Shown: positions 11,276 to 22,586, counted from the stretch's first letter. The stretch: 64,000 nucleotides of DNA from an uncultured Rhodocyclaceae bacterium (GCA_964475635.1 CAYYXS010000019.1:7072-71071); one strand, 5' to 3'. Notes: generated by a model not told the origin, from the letters alone. Made by a program: numbers and translations.

Positions 11276-12408
11276 TACTTCAGCTGGTCGTAGAGCAGGC
11301 CGAGGATCTTCCTGGCGGTTTCGGAGTTGTCAACCCCGCCCTCGCGGGTCAATATCTGCACGGTACTCTCGCCGCCTTCCGCCTTGACGAGAATGCGGAA
11401 CTGCTGGTTGGCCGCCGGCTTGCCGCTTTCCCAGAATTTCAGCTTGCTGAGTATCCCGCCTTCCGACTTCTTGGCCATGCCGGCTTCGGGATCGACGTAG
11501 CGCACGAAATAGAGTCCCTTCGTACGGTCGCGGTCCTCGACAGTGAACCCGACGCGATCCAGCGCCAGTCCGACGCGCCGCCAGGAGCGATCGAAAGCCT
11601 CCTGCAGTTGCAGCGATCCGACTCCGCCGGAAACCTGCATCAGCCGGGCTCGCTCCTCCTTCTTCGTGTCGGCCGCCATCAGGGTCTTGGAGCGGTGCTC
11701 TTCCGTGCCGAGGCGGACCATCAGCCGGCGCAGCATTTCGGCTTCCAGCTCTGGATCAGCGGGACGCGGCTGCCAGACGGTGCGCCCCTTGCTCTCGTCG
11801 GCATAGGCCTCGTACATACCGCGGTGGCTGATATATATCTCGGTGGTGCCTTCCTCTCCGCCCTTCTCCAGACGGGTGCGGAACTTGTCACGCTCCGGCG
11901 TCGAATAGATCTGGTCGAGGAACTTGCCCAGAGTTGCGCGGATCATGTCCTGCGGCAGTTTGGCGCGGTTCTCGGCCCAGTCGGTTTCCATGATGCCGGC
12001 GTCGGGCAATTCCAGGTTGACGATGAAGCCGAGTTCCTGCCAGAACTCCTTGAGAGTGGGCCATATCTTGTCCGGCGTTCCGGCTACCACCAGCCAGCGC
12101 TGGCTGCCGGAGCGATCGACGCGCATTTTCTCGATCTGCGGCAGCACTTCCTGCGCAGCGGCCTCCTTCGTGCCGCTGCGCTCCGAGCTGTAGGCCGAAA
12201 ACGTGGCGGAACCCTTCGGAGTGATGTCTGGCACGGCATAGCGTTCGTCCCGCGTGGGCGAGGTGAGATCGGGCGGTATCTCGAGCGGAGGCAGCTTGCC
12301 CGCGGACTTGTAATCGATCTTCTTGGACTCGATCGAAACGCTGGAACAGCTTGCCAGCACGACGGATAAGGAAAACAAGAAGAACTGCCTGGACCACATT
12401 CGGATCAT
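11275..12408 (-). CDS. bamC: Outer membrane protein assembly lipoprotein BamC (NlpB)
   Basis: Lipobox LASC, IDYKS, LEIPPDL, GIMETDWAENRA; downstream of dapA; start trimmed to 12408. Confidence 0.9.
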   Translation of the reverse strand: MIRMWSRQFFLFSLSVVLASCSSVSIESKKIDYKSAGKLPPLEIPPDLTSPTRDERYAVPDITPKGSATFSAYSSERSGTKEAAAQEVLPQIEKMRVDRSGSQRWLVVAGTPDKIWPTLKEFWQELGFIVNLELPDAGIMETDWAENRAKLPQDMIRATLGKFLDQIYSTPERDKFRTRLEKGGEEGTTEIYISHRGMYEAYADESKGRTVWQPRPADPELEAEMLRRLMVRLGTEEHRSKTLMAADTKKEERARLMQVSGGVGSLQLQEAFDRSWRRVGLALDRVGFTVEDRDRTKGLYFVRYVDPEAGMAKKSEGGILSKLKFWESGKPAANQQFRILVKAEGGESTVQILTREGGVDNSETARKILGLLYDQLK

Positions 12409-12488
12409 GCCCCGCCCTCTCTGTTTTTCGGATTTGTTCCGGCTTTGCGCCCGCTGCGCAGGCATTGGCCAGCTCTGTGACTTCGTTT

Positions 12489-13367
12489 TCAAACGACGAC
12501 GCCGGCCTCGCGCATGGCATTCAGCACACGCTCTTGGCATTCAGGCGACAAGGGCGTCAGTGGAAGACGGATGCCCGCATCCATCAGGCCCATCCGGCTG
12601 ACCGCCCATTTCACCGGGATGGGATTGGCCTCGATGAACAGGTTCCTGTGCAGGCCGAGCAGGCGCGCGTTGATCTCTCGCGCCTTCGCCACGTTGCCGG
12701 CCAGGGCGGCCGAGCACATTTCGTGCATCAGTCGCGGCGCCACATTGGCTGTCACCGAGATCGTTCCATGGCCGCCCAGCAGGATGAAGGCCAGCGCGCT
12801 GGCATCGTCGCCGCTGTAGAGGGCAAATCCCGCCGGAACCCGCTTGATCAGATCAGTGCCGCGTTCAAGATTGCCGGTGGCATCCTTGATGCCGACGATG
12901 CCCGGCACCTGAGCCAGACGCAACGTGGTGTCGTTGCTCAAATCGGCCACCGTGCGGCCGGGCACGTTGTAGAGAATCATCGGCAGATCGACCGCCTCGG
13001 CGATGGACCTGAAATGGCGATACAGCCCTTCCTGGGTCGGCTTGTTGTAATAGGGGACGACATTGAGTGAGGCAGCCGCGCCAGCCTTTCTGGCATATGC
13101 AGTCAGTTCGATTGCCTCGGAGGTGGAATTGCCGCCTGTGCCGGCGATGACGGGAATCCGCCCGGCGGCGTTCTCGACGGCAGCGCGGATCAGTTCGCAA
13201 TGTTCTTCCACGTCTACGGTGGGCGATTCACCAGTGGTACCGACGACGACGACGCCATCGGTTCCTTCCGCCACATGGAAATCTATCAGGGACTTGAGCC
13301 GGGGGTAGTCTAGCCTGCCATCCTCATGCATCGGGGTGACGATGGCGACGATAGAACCTTGGATCAT
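12489..13367 (-). CDS. dapA: 4-hydroxy-tetrahydrodipicolinate synthase
   Basis: [28 protein letters not shown]. Confidence 0.98.
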   Translation of the reverse strand: MIQGSIVAIVTPMHEDGRLDYPRLKSLIDFHVAEGTDGVVVVGTTGESPTVDVEEHCELIRAAVENAAGRIPVIAGTGGNSTSEAIELTAYARKAGAAASLNVVPYYNKPTQEGLYRHFRSIAEAVDLPMILYNVPGRTVADLSNDTTLRLAQVPGIVGIKDATGNLERGTDLIKRVPAGFALYSGDDASALAFILLGGHGTISVTANVAPRLMHEMCSAALAGNVAKAREINARLLGLHRNLFIEANPIPVKWAVSRMGLMDAGIRLPLTPLSPECQERVLNAMREAGVVV

Positions 13368-13478
13368 GATATTAAGCTTGCCGGAAAGGTGTGAATTTTA
13401 CTTGATCGCAGGTGTATCCGGAAAGAAATGAACAAGTTGCCGAAAAGTTGACACGGCCCTTTGCCCGCCTTCCGGAAC

Positions 13479-14402
13479 TCAAAGATCCGCCAGTTCCTTG
13501 ATGTGGGTCGTGACGCTGCGCGCCAGGGCGGACAGGGCATACCCTCCCTCGAGCATCGATACAATGCGACCCTGTGCCGATGCGGCGGCAACCCCCTTGA
13601 CCTGCCGAGTGACCCAGGCATAGTCGGCTTCAACAAGCCCGAGGGAGGCCATGTCATCTTCATAATGGGCATCGAAGCCGGCCGAAATGAAAATGGCCTC
13701 CGGCGAGAAATCCCGCAGGGCAGGCAGCCAGATTCCTTCGACGGCCTCGCGGAAACCCTCGCTGCGCGTGCCGGCCGGCACCGGTACGTTGATCATATTG
13801 CGCGCGGGGGACTCCGTGCCGCTGTAGGGATAGAAGGGATGCTGGAAGGTGCTCACCATCAGTACGCGCGGGTCGCCTGCGAAGATGTCCTCTGTGCCGT
13901 TGCCATGGTGTACGTCGAAGTCGACCACCGCCACCCTTTCCAGCCCATGCTCCTCCAGCGCATGAGCAACGGCAACGGCGATATTGTTGAAGAAACAGAA
14001 GCCCATCGCACGAGCCCGCTCGGCGTGGTGCCCGGGCGGCCGCACGCTGCAGAAGGCGTTTTCCGCTTCCCCGCGCATGACCAGGTCCGTCGCCAGAACG
14101 CCGGCACCTGCCGCGCGCAGCGCAGCCTGCCAGGTTCCCGGACTCATCGCCGTGTCGGGGTCGAGGTGGACGATGCCACTCTCCGGTGCGCGTCCGGCAA
14201 TGCTGCGAACGTAGTCGGGAGGATGCACCCGGGACAATTGCTCGAACGTAGCCAGTGGTGCATCGTGGAATGCAAGATAGAGATCCAGCCCGGCGGCTAT
14301 CAGCCGGTCGCTGATGGCAGACAGGCGCTCCGGACATTCCGGATGATGGACTCCCATGTCGTGCAGCCAGCAGTCGCGGTGGGTTATGAAGGCGGTAGTC
14401 AT
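13479..14402 (-). CDS. Zn-dependent histone deacetylase-family amidohydrolase
   Basis: HPECPERL, RPPGHHA, GFCFFNN, DFDVHHGNGT, SAGFDAH, LEGGY. Confidence 0.93.
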   Translation of the reverse strand: MTTAFITHRDCWLHDMGVHHPECPERLSAISDRLIAAGLDLYLAFHDAPLATFEQLSRVHPPDYVRSIAGRAPESGIVHLDPDTAMSPGTWQAALRAAGAGVLATDLVMRGEAENAFCSVRPPGHHAERARAMGFCFFNNIAVAVAHALEEHGLERVAVVDFDVHHGNGTEDIFAGDPRVLMVSTFQHPFYPYSGTESPARNMINVPVPAGTRSEGFREAVEGIWLPALRDFSPEAIFISAGFDAHYEDDMASLGLVEADYAWVTRQVKGVAAASAQGRIVSMLEGGYALSALARSVTTHIKELADL

Positions 14403-14502
14403 GTCGAGCCCCGTTGCAGGCCGGGTCTTTTCGAGAAGAAATTGCAATAGAATGGCCGCTACAGTCGCCATTATCCACCGATTGCCGCATACGTCTCAAG
14501 TC

Positions 14503-15423
14503 ATGCCCTATTCCCCAATCGACGAAGCCATCCACCATGCCGGGCGCATCGTACTGGGCAAGGAAAGGCAAATCAGGCTTGCCCTGGTCTGCCTGCTCGC
14601 ACGCGGCCACCTGCTCATCGAGGACATGCCCGGCGTGGGCAAGACCATTCTGGCGCACGTGCTGGCCAGACTGCTCGGCCTGAATTTCCACCGCATCCAG
14701 TGCACAGCCGACATGCTGCCGGCGGATATCATCGGCGTGTCGATCTATGATCGCAATACGGGCGGATTCCAGTTTCACCCAGGCCCGATCTTCGCCCAGA
14801 TCATCCTGGTCGACGAAATCAATCGTGCCACGCCAAAATCGCAAAGTGCGCTTCTGGAGGCCATGGAGGAACATCAGGTCACCTGCGAGGGGGAAACACG
14901 CCCCCTGCCCGATCCTTTCTTCGTGATCGCCACGCAAAACCCCTACCACCAGATCGGCACCTTCCCGCTGCCAGAGTCGCAGCTCGACCGATTTCTGATG
15001 CGCATCGAGATGGGCTATCCGGACCAGGCCGCGGAGCGCGAACTCCTCGCCGGAGCCGACCGCCGCGACTTGGTCGCCGCCCTGAATCCCTGCATGGATC
15101 CGGGCGAACTGGTCGAACTGCAGCGAGCCGTACGGGACGTGCACGTATCCGAGGCCCTCATCGCTTACGTGCAGGCGCTTGCCGAGCACACCCGACGCTC
15201 GTCGGACTTCGAGACGGGGTTGAGCCCGCGGGCCGCCCTCGCCCTGCTGCGCGCCGCACGCGCCTGGGCCCTGATCGACCACCGCGACCTGGTGCTGCCG
15301 GAGGACATCCAGGCCGTGCTGCCGGCCGTGGCCGGACATCGTCTGCATCCGGCCAGTGGCGCCTCGGCAGCCGCCTCAGCCGACATTGCCGTCTCGCTCA
15401 TCAACGCCGTGCCAATACCCTAA
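14503..15423 (+). CDS. MoxR-family AAA+ ATPase
   Basis: EDMPGVGKT, DEINRATPKSQSALLEAMEE, ATQNP, FPLPESQLDRF. Confidence 0.95.
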   Translation: MPYSPIDEAIHHAGRIVLGKERQIRLALVCLLARGHLLIEDMPGVGKTILAHVLARLLGLNFHRIQCTADMLPADIIGVSIYDRNTGGFQFHPGPIFAQIILVDEINRATPKSQSALLEAMEEHQVTCEGETRPLPDPFFVIATQNPYHQIGTFPLPESQLDRFLMRIEMGYPDQAAERELLAGADRRDLVAALNPCMDPGELVELQRAVRDVHVSEALIAYVQALAEHTRRSSDFETGLSPRAALALLRAARAWALIDHRDLVLPEDIQAVLPAVAGHRLHPASGASAAASADIAVSLINAVPIP

Positions 15424-15432
15424 TCGCGTCTC

Positions 15433-16380
15433 ATGCAGGCGGTCGCCTCGTTCAAGCGCTGGCTCTTCAGGCTGTATGGACCGGAAGCCGCACCGATCGT
15501 ACTGAACCAGCGGCGCGTCTACGTGCTGCCTACACGGGCCGGACTGGCTTACGCCACTACCCTCGGCCTGATGCTGGTCGGCGCCATCAATTACAATCTG
15601 AGCCTCGGCTATGCCCTGGTTTTCCTGCTGGCGGGACTCGGGCTCGTCACGCTGCTGCATACCTTCCGCAACATGGTGCAGATTGAGTTATCGCCAGGCC
15701 GGGTTGAACCGGTTTTTGCAGGCGACAAGGCTCGTTTTGGCCTGCAGTTGCTCAATCGCCGCAACCGACCGCGGTTCGCCATCGATCTGCGACTCGACGG
15801 CGGTGAAACCGTCACGACCGATATGGCCGCGGACGCCATGACCTGCGTCAGCCTGCCGATGATCGCGAAGCGTCGCGGCTGGCTGCGACCGGGCCGCGTC
15901 ACACTGCAGACACACTACCCGCTGCGCCTTGTGCGCGCCTGGAGTTATGTCGAGCCCGACATGCGTTGCCTGGTCTACCCCAGGCCTGAGATGTCGGCGC
16001 CTCCACTGCCGCTTTCTGCTTCAGGGGAATCCGGCGGCTCGCTTAGCGGCAAGGGAAGCGAGGATTTTGCCGGCCTGCGCAGGCACCAGCCCGCCGATTC
16101 GCCGCGCCAGATCGCCTGGAAGGCGGTTGCGCACGGACAGCCCCTGCTCACCAAGCAGTTTTCCGGGGCTAGCGTCACCCACGTCCAACTGGACTGGAAC
16201 GATTTGCCGCACAGTATGGAACTCGAAGCGCGCCTGTCCCGCCTCACCCGCTGGCTGATCGAAGCCCATGCCCAAGGAATTTCCTACGGTCTTCGCCTCC
16301 CGGGCAGGGAAATCCGGCTTGGCCATGGCGAACAGCATTTCCAGCTTTGTCTCGAGGCCTTGGCCCTGCATGAGCGCTAG
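15433..16380 (+). CDS. DUF58 domain protein
   Basis: LVYPRPE, EDFAGLRRHQPADSPRQIAWK; follows the MoxR gene. Confidence 0.88.
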   Translation: MQAVASFKRWLFRLYGPEAAPIVLNQRRVYVLPTRAGLAYATTLGLMLVGAINYNLSLGYALVFLLAGLGLVTLLHTFRNMVQIELSPGRVEPVFAGDKARFGLQLLNRRNRPRFAIDLRLDGGETVTTDMAADAMTCVSLPMIAKRRGWLRPGRVTLQTHYPLRLVRAWSYVEPDMRCLVYPRPEMSAPPLPLSASGESGGSLSGKGSEDFAGLRRHQPADSPRQIAWKAVAHGQPLLTKQFSGASVTHVQLDWNDLPHSMELEARLSRLTRWLIEAHAQGISYGLRLPGREIRLGHGEQHFQLCLEALALHER

Positions 16381-18355
16381 GCTAGACAGCCCCTTGCTGG
16401 ATCGCACCCAGGAGTCGTGGCTGCTTGCCTGCTCCGCGGTCAGCCTGATGCCGAATGCCGTTCATACCCCCGCCTGGCTGATTGCCGCCGCCTGTACCAC
16501 CCTGGCGTGGCGATCCGCCGTCCTGTGGCGCCGGGGCACATTGCCGCCACGCTGGTTGCTGTTCGTGTTCGTCGCCGCAGGCTCTGCCGGCGTTTTCTTC
16601 ACTTACCGGCATTTTTTCGGCAAGGATCCGGGAATCGCCCTGCTTACCCTTTTTCTCGCCCTTAAACTGCTGGAATTGCGCCGTATACGCGACGGCATGG
16701 CCGTCATCCTTCTGTGCTATTTCCTGCTGCTCACGCATTTCCTTAATGCGCAGGGCATTGGAGTCGCGGGGCTCACGTTAATTGCCGTTATCACCATCAC
16801 GGCGGCCCTGGCCAGCCTGGGACATCCGGCTCGGCCCGTCGCCGATCGGCTGCGCCTGTCCCTGCTATTGCTCGGGCAGGCGGTTCCCTTCATGCTGGTA
16901 ATGTTCCTGCTGTTTCCACGCGTGCAGGGGCCTCTGTGGGGCATGCCGGCCGATGCCTACAGCAGCATGAGCGGCCTGTCCGACAGCATGTCGCCCGGTT
17001 CCATCAGCAGCCTGAGCCTGTCCAGCGAAATTGCCTTTCGTGCAAAATTCGAGGGTAGGATACCGCCGAAGCAGGCCTTGTATTGGCGCGGCCCTGTGTT
17101 GCGCATGTTCGACGGCTACACTTGGCGCGTCGGCATCCAGCAGGAAAAAGCCAGCATCTCCGACATGCCGAAGGAAGCCCCCTTGGGGGATACGGCGACC
17201 GGCACATCCATTCGCTATGCCGTGACGCTGGAACCGCACAACAAGTCCTGGCTGTTCGCTCTGGAGATGCCCGTCATGTCGCCGGCCGGCGCCTTCCTGA
17301 CCCGCGACTACCAAGTGCTGTCGAGAACGCCGGTGCGCAACCGCCTGCGCTATGAAATGGTGTCCCGCACCACCTCAGTTCAGGATGAGGAGTCCGCGGC
17401 ATCCTTGAGAGCCCATCGCAGCCTGCCGGATAACAATCCCCGCACCCGTGCGCTGGCCGAAAGGTGGCGCGCTGAACTGGACAGCGACGAGGCCATGGTT
17501 CGCCGTGTGCTCGATCACTTCCGCCGGGAGAATTACACTTACACGCTGAACCCACCCCTGCTCGGCCAGAACAGCGTCGACGAGTTCCTGTTCGATAGCC
17601 GGCGCGGATTCTGTGAGCATTTCTCTGCCGCATTCGTTGTCATCATGCGCGCAGCCGGCATTCCGGCCCGTGTCATCACGGGTTACCAGGGCGGCGAACC
17701 GAATCCGGTGGATGGCTACCTCATCGTGCGCCAGTCCGATGCCCATGCCTGGGCGGAGGTCTGGCTCGAAGGCAGGGGCTGGGTACGCGTGGACCCGACT
17801 GCAGCCATCGCGCCGAACCGCATCGAGGTCGGTCTGGCCTCGGCCGTGCCGGCCGGGGAGGCCTTGCCTTTCCTCGTCCGCGCCGATCTACCCTGGCTGT
17901 GGCAGATCCGCTTCCGCTGGGAAGCCCTGACCAATTATTGGAACCAGTGGGTACTCGGCTACAACCCGCAGCGCCAGCGCGAAGTGCTCTCCCGCATGGG
18001 CATGCGCGAGCCGAACTGGCAGACCATGACCGCAATCATGGCCATGCTGTGCGGAATCCTGCTGCTCCTCCTGACGGCCTGGGTGCTCTACAAGCACGTG
18101 AGCGTCGATCCGACATTGCGCGCCTGGAACCGCCTGAGCCACAAGCTGGCAGTCATCGGCCTGGGGCGCCGGGACTGGGAAGGGCCAGAGGACTACGCCA
18201 GCCGCGTCGCCTCCGCAAGACCCGATCTGGACAGCGACATCTCGGCTATCTCGGCGCTGTATATCGGCCTGCGTTATGGCAGACTGGACGGGATCGAACC
18301 GCAAAAAAAACTGCGCGACATGGTCTCCGCCTTGAAGATCTCCACCCGGAAATGA
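16370..18355 (+). CDS. tgpA: Membrane transglutaminase-like protein (DUF3488 + transglutaminase core, TgpA family)
   Basis: N-terminal TM helices; catalytic triad motifs GFCEHF, AHAW, WVRVDPT; start trimmed to 16370. Confidence 0.88.
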   Translation: MSARLDSPLLDRTQESWLLACSAVSLMPNAVHTPAWLIAAACTTLAWRSAVLWRRGTLPPRWLLFVFVAAGSAGVFFTYRHFFGKDPGIALLTLFLALKLLELRRIRDGMAVILLCYFLLLTHFLNAQGIGVAGLTLIAVITITAALASLGHPARPVADRLRLSLLLLGQAVPFMLVMFLLFPRVQGPLWGMPADAYSSMSGLSDSMSPGSISSLSLSSEIAFRAKFEGRIPPKQALYWRGPVLRMFDGYTWRVGIQQEKASISDMPKEAPLGDTATGTSIRYAVTLEPHNKSWLFALEMPVMSPAGAFLTRDYQVLSRTPVRNRLRYEMVSRTTSVQDEESAASLRAHRSLPDNNPRTRALAERWRAELDSDEAMVRRVLDHFRRENYTYTLNPPLLGQNSVDEFLFDSRRGFCEHFSAAFVVIMRAAGIPARVITGYQGGEPNPVDGYLIVRQSDAHAWAEVWLEGRGWVRVDPTAAIAPNRIEVGLASAVPAGEALPFLVRADLPWLWQIRFRWEALTNYWNQWVLGYNPQRQREVLSRMGMREPNWQTMTAIMAMLCGILLLLLTAWVLYKHVSVDPTLRAWNRLSHKLAVIGLGRRDWEGPEDYASRVASARPDLDSDISAISALYIGLRYGRLDGIEPQKKLRDMVSALKISTRK

Positions 18356-19356
18356 CCCGCATTCCTTTCCTCCTCCTCTGCTCCCTGGCCCTGCTGTTGC
18401 CCGACGGTGCCGGCGCAGGCGGCTTCGCCGGTCGCGCGGAAGTCCGGCAGTTCGTAGAGGAGATGCACGAGCGCCACGGCTTCGACAGACGTCGCCTGAT
18501 CCGCCTGCTGCAAGAAACACGGCCGCAGACGAAGGCGCTGCAGGCGATCCAGCCGCCGAAAGATCCCGCGGTGCGCTCCTGGCAGGCCTACCGGAACCGT
18601 TTCATGAACGCCGCCCGCATCGAAGGCGGACTGCAATTCTGGGAAAGCCACCGATCTGTGCTGGATGCGGCACGTCATGCCTATGGCGTGCCGGAGGAGA
18701 TCGTCGTTGCCATCATCGGCATCGAGACCGTATACGGGCGCAATATGGGACAGTTTCCGTCGCTCGCCGCGCTCGCCACGCTGACATTCGACTATCCGCC
18801 GCGGGCCGAGCTGTTTCGCCGCGAGCTCGAAGCCCTCTTGCTGTTGGCGCGCGAAACACGCCACAATCCCCTCGCCTTCGTGGGCTCCTATGCCGGCGCC
18901 CTCGGCCTGCCGCAATTCCTGCCCAGCAGCGTACGCAACTGGGGCATCGATTTCGACGGAGACGGCAAGGTCGATCTGGCACGAAGCACGGCGGATGCCA
19001 TCGGCAGCGTCGCTAACTTCCTCGCCAATCACGGCTGGGAACGCGACGGTGCCATCGCGGCCCCCGCCGCTGTCGCAGGCGAACGCTTTGGCGAACTGGT
19101 CGAGGCCGGCATCCTGCCCCGCCTGTCTCCGACGGAAATGGCCGAGTACGGCGTCAGCGCACCGCCCGAAGCGCCTGAACAGCCCTGCGCCCTGATCGAC
19201 TTGGCGACGCCGGGCGCGCAAACCGAATACTGGCTCGGCTACCGCAACTTCTACGTCATCACGCGCTACAACCGCTCAAGCTTCTACGCCATGGCCGTGC
19301 ATGGGCTGGCGCTGGAGCTGAAGGCGCAACGCGAGGCGCGCCTGGCCGCCAGGTAA
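18352..19356 (+). CDS. mltB: Lytic murein transglycosylase B
   Basis: IIGIETVYG, GSYAGALGLPQFLPSS, DFDGDG, ITRYNRS; ATGA overlap with tgpA. Confidence 0.93.
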   Translation: MTRIPFLLLCSLALLLPDGAGAGGFAGRAEVRQFVEEMHERHGFDRRRLIRLLQETRPQTKALQAIQPPKDPAVRSWQAYRNRFMNAARIEGGLQFWESHRSVLDAARHAYGVPEEIVVAIIGIETVYGRNMGQFPSLAALATLTFDYPPRAELFRRELEALLLLARETRHNPLAFVGSYAGALGLPQFLPSSVRNWGIDFDGDGKVDLARSTADAIGSVANFLANHGWERDGAIAAPAAVAGERFGELVEAGILPRLSPTEMAEYGVSAPPEAPEQPCALIDLATPGAQTEYWLGYRNFYVITRYNRSSFYAMAVHGLALELKAQREARLAAR

Positions 19357-19357
19357 G

Positions 19358-20263
19358 CTATAGCAGCACGTCCTTGGACACTCCGCGCCGCTTGAGAATG
19401 CGCCGCAACTGAGCCAACGCCTCGATCTGGATCTGCCGCACCCTCTCGCGCGTCAGTGACAGGCGTTCGGCGAGTTCCTCCAGCGTCGCCACCTCGGAGC
19501 CGTTCAGGCCGTAGCGGGACTCGATGACCTGACGCTGCTTTTCGCCCAGCATGCCGATCCATTCCCCGATGAGGTGCTCCACCTCCGAAGTGTGGATCTG
19601 CATCTCCGGCGTTTCCGCGGCATCGTCGGCGAGGGACTCGCCGATGGACAGGCTCGGATCGATTTCCAGGGGCGCATCCAGAGAAGCGACGTGTTCATTC
19701 AGCGCCAGCACCTGGCGCACCTCATCGACCGGTTTGTCGAGCAGTAGGGCGATCTCCTCCACGCCGGTCTCGCGCGCACTGGCCGCCTCCAGGTGGCGCA
19801 TAGCGCGCAGCACGGAGTTGAGTTCCTTCACCACGTGCACCGGCAGGCGAATGGTACGCGACTGGTTCATGATGGCGCGCTCGATGTTCTGGCGGATCCA
19901 CCAGGTGGCATAGGTCGAAAATCGAAAGCCGCGCTCCGGATCGAACTTGTCGAGGGCGTGGATCAGCCCGAGGTTGCCTTCCTCGACCAGGTCGAGCAGG
20001 GGCATGCCGCGGTTCAGATAGTGCTTGGCGATATTCACCACAAGGCGCAGGTTGTGCTCGATCATCTTCTGCCGAGCCGCCTCGTCGCCCTGGCGCACGA
20101 GTCGGGAATAGGCCAGTTCCTGCTCTGGGGTCAGCAGCGGATTGGCGCCGATCTCGTTAAGATAGATTTGCGTAACATCATTGAGGAATTCTGGTTCGGC
20201 CGCCGGTTCGTGAACCGGTGATTCGGCCGTCTCGCCCTCTTCCGGTAGGATTTCGTCTTGCAT
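19358..20263 (-). CDS. rpoS: RNA polymerase sigma factor RpoS
   Basis: [39 protein letters not shown]; downstream of nlpD. Confidence 0.95.
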   Translation of the reverse strand: MQDEILPEEGETAESPVHEPAAEPEFLNDVTQIYLNEIGANPLLTPEQELAYSRLVRQGDEAARQKMIEHNLRLVVNIAKHYLNRGMPLLDLVEEGNLGLIHALDKFDPERGFRFSTYATWWIRQNIERAIMNQSRTIRLPVHVVKELNSVLRAMRHLEAASARETGVEEIALLLDKPVDEVRQVLALNEHVASLDAPLEIDPSLSIGESLADDAAETPEMQIHTSEVEHLIGEWIGMLGEKQRQVIESRYGLNGSEVATLEELAERLSLTRERVRQIQIEALAQLRRILKRRGVSKDVLL

Positions 20264-20266
20264 CGA

Positions 20267-21178
20267 TCACCTCGGCGGAAGGTACTTGAGCGGATCAAGG
20301 GGTTTTCCTTGACGACGGATTTCGAAATGGAGTTTCGCCTGCTCCGTGTCGCTGTTGCCCAATTCAGCGATTTTCTGGCCCCTCGTCACGGCCTGTCCTT
20401 CCTTGACCAGCAATCTGCTGTTATGGGCATAGACGCTGGACAGGTTGTTGGCATGCTGGACGATCAACAGGTTGCCGTAACCGCGAATGCCGCTGCCGGC
20501 ATAGGTGACCTTTCCCGCCTCGGCCGCCAGCACCTGATCGCCCACGGTTCCCTCGATGTCGATACCCTTGCTGCTGCCTTCGACATAGGCGGCAATCACC
20601 TTGCCGCTGCTCGGCCATGCCCAGTTCCCTTCGTTGCCAGCATTCGGTTCTGCCGGTCTGGTCTCGGCTTTCGGCTGTACCACGACAGGTTGCGCATGAA
20701 ATTCCTCCTGCTTCTGGGCCGCCGCCATTGCCTGCTCAGTGTAAGGTTGCTTGCCGCCTTTCGGTTCGTGCTTGCGGCTATCGTTTCCGGGCTGACTGCC
20801 GCCGGCCCCTGCAAGTGTCAGGGCGTGAGTTTCGACCGGGGCCGGGCCGGCTATCGGCTTCACCACCGCCACCCCTTCCGGTGGGGCAATGCGCAACTGC
20901 TGGCCGACGCGAATCACATTCGGATTGTCGATGTTGTTCCAGGCGGCCACGTCACGATATGACTGGCCATGCTCCAACGCAATGCTATAGAGCGTTTCGC
21001 CCCTTTTCACGATATGGAACTCACCCTGCCTGGCGAGCGTGGCGGAGGGCGTCGATGTCTGCGCTGACGGTTTGCCCGATGCACCGCTCCGCTCGGTCAC
21101 CGGCGCAGGCGCCCGGGAAGCGCAAGCCGCCTGCAGACCCGCTGCAGCGGCGACTAGCAGAATCGCAATTCTGGCCAT
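20267..21178 (-). CDS. nlpD: LysM/M23 lipoprotein NlpD
   Basis: Signal with Cys (QAAC), LysM HIVKRGETLYSIA, M23 domain KGID...YAHN...LHFEIR. Confidence 0.92.
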   Translation of the reverse strand: MARIAILLVAAAAGLQAACASRAPAPVTERSGASGKPSAQTSTPSATLARQGEFHIVKRGETLYSIALEHGQSYRDVAAWNNIDNPNVIRVGQQLRIAPPEGVAVVKPIAGPAPVETHALTLAGAGGSQPGNDSRKHEPKGGKQPYTEQAMAAAQKQEEFHAQPVVVQPKAETRPAEPNAGNEGNWAWPSSGKVIAAYVEGSSKGIDIEGTVGDQVLAAEAGKVTYAGSGIRGYGNLLIVQHANNLSSVYAHNSRLLVKEGQAVTRGQKIAELGNSDTEQAKLHFEIRRQGKPLDPLKYLPPR

Positions 21179-21189
21179 GTTCGTATCGT

Positions 21190-21846
21190 CTATTCGACTC
21201 CGGCTACAAGGGGAACGAAGTACACCGCATCGAGATGCGTTTCTGTATATCCGCTCCTGCTCCGCTCGATCAGGCAGAGCGATTGCCTGGCTCCGCCCAG
21301 AGGCAGGATCATACGACCGCCAACCGCGAGTTGCCCGAGCAGCGCCTGCGGTAGGTGCAAGGCGGCGGCGGCAAGAATAATTGTATCGAATGGCGCCGCT
21401 TCCGCCAGGCCCTGACTGCCGTCAGCGTGCTTGAGCCTGACATTCGGCAGGCGCAGGTGGCGCAGATTGGCACGTGCCCTGTCCAGCATCTGCTCAATAC
21501 GCTCGACGGCATAGACGTCCTTCGCCAGCCGCGCCAGAACAGCCGCCTGATAGCCGCAGCCGGCTCCGATTTCAAGCGTCTTACCCAGTTCGCGACCTGC
21601 TGCAAGGAGTTCGATCATGCGAGCCACGACGAAGGGCTGTGAGATCGTCTGTTTCAGACCGATCGGCAGGGCCGTATCCTCATAGGCGCGTGATGCCAGG
21701 GCCTCATCGACGAAGAGGTGTCGTGGCACGGCCGCCATCGCCGCCAACACCCTCTCGTCGCGGATGCCGTCGGCACGCAGGCGATCGACCATGCGCGCGC
21801 GCGTGCGCTGCGAGGTCATGCCGATGCCTGACAATTCACGCCTCAT
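21190..21846 (-). CDS. pcm: Protein-L-isoaspartate O-methyltransferase
   Basis: [27 protein letters not shown]. Confidence 0.95.
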   Translation of the reverse strand: MRRELSGIGMTSQRTRARMVDRLRADGIRDERVLAAMAAVPRHLFVDEALASRAYEDTALPIGLKQTISQPFVVARMIELLAAGRELGKTLEIGAGCGYQAAVLARLAKDVYAVERIEQMLDRARANLRHLRLPNVRLKHADGSQGLAEAAPFDTIILAAAALHLPQALLGQLAVGGRMILPLGGARQSLCLIERSRSGYTETHLDAVYFVPLVAGVE

Positions 21847-22586
21847 GCCTCGATCCAGCTCCTTACGGTGCCGATGAGTGCCCGATGCGTCAAGTCGATC
21901 TGCAGAGGGGTCACCGACGCATAGCCGTTCTCCACGGCATGGAAATCCGTGCCCTCTCCGGCATCCTGAGCCGCACCGGCCGCGCCAACCCAGAAAACGG
22001 TTTCGCCGCGCGGATTGGTTTGCCTGACCACGCCTTCCGCCTTGTGCCGCTTGCCCAGCCGGGTCACACGTATACCCTTGAGGCTATCGAGCGGGATGTC
22101 CGGCACATTGACATTGAGGAGTGCCGGCGCAGCCAGCGGCTGTCGCAGGCAGCGCTCGATGATTCTGCGCGCTACCGCGGCCGCAGTTCCGAAATGGATC
22201 GCATTGTGACCGTTCAGCGATACCGCCAGCGAAGGAACGCCAAGCAGATACCCCTCCGTTGCAGCGGCAACGGTGCCGGAATAGATCGTGTCGTCGCCCA
22301 TGTTCGCACCGAGATTGATGCCGGATATCACCATGTCTGGCAAATTGTCCAGCATGCCGGTCACGGCCAGATGGACGCAATCGGTCGGAGTACCATTGAC
22401 GAAATAGAAACCGTTGGCAGCACGTCGCAGGCGCAAGGGGCGATCCAGTGTCAACGAGTTGCTGGCCCCGCTACGGTCGCGCTCCGGCGCCACGACCGTG
22501 ATTTCTGCAAGATCGGATAGCGCTTGGGCGAGAATCTCGATGCCCGGGGCGAAGTAGCCGTCGTCATTGGAGAGGAGGATGCGCAT
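21843..22586 (-). CDS. surE: 5'/3'-nucleotidase SurE
   Basis: [37 protein letters not shown]. Confidence 0.97.
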   Translation of the reverse strand: MRILLSNDDGYFAPGIEILAQALSDLAEITVVAPERDRSGASNSLTLDRPLRLRRAANGFYFVNGTPTDCVHLAVTGMLDNLPDMVISGINLGANMGDDTIYSGTVAAATEGYLLGVPSLAVSLNGHNAIHFGTAAAVARRIIERCLRQPLAAPALLNVNVPDIPLDSLKGIRVTRLGKRHKAEGVVRQTNPRGETVFWVGAAGAAQDAGEGTDFHAVENGYASVTPLQIDLTHRALIGTVRSWIEA

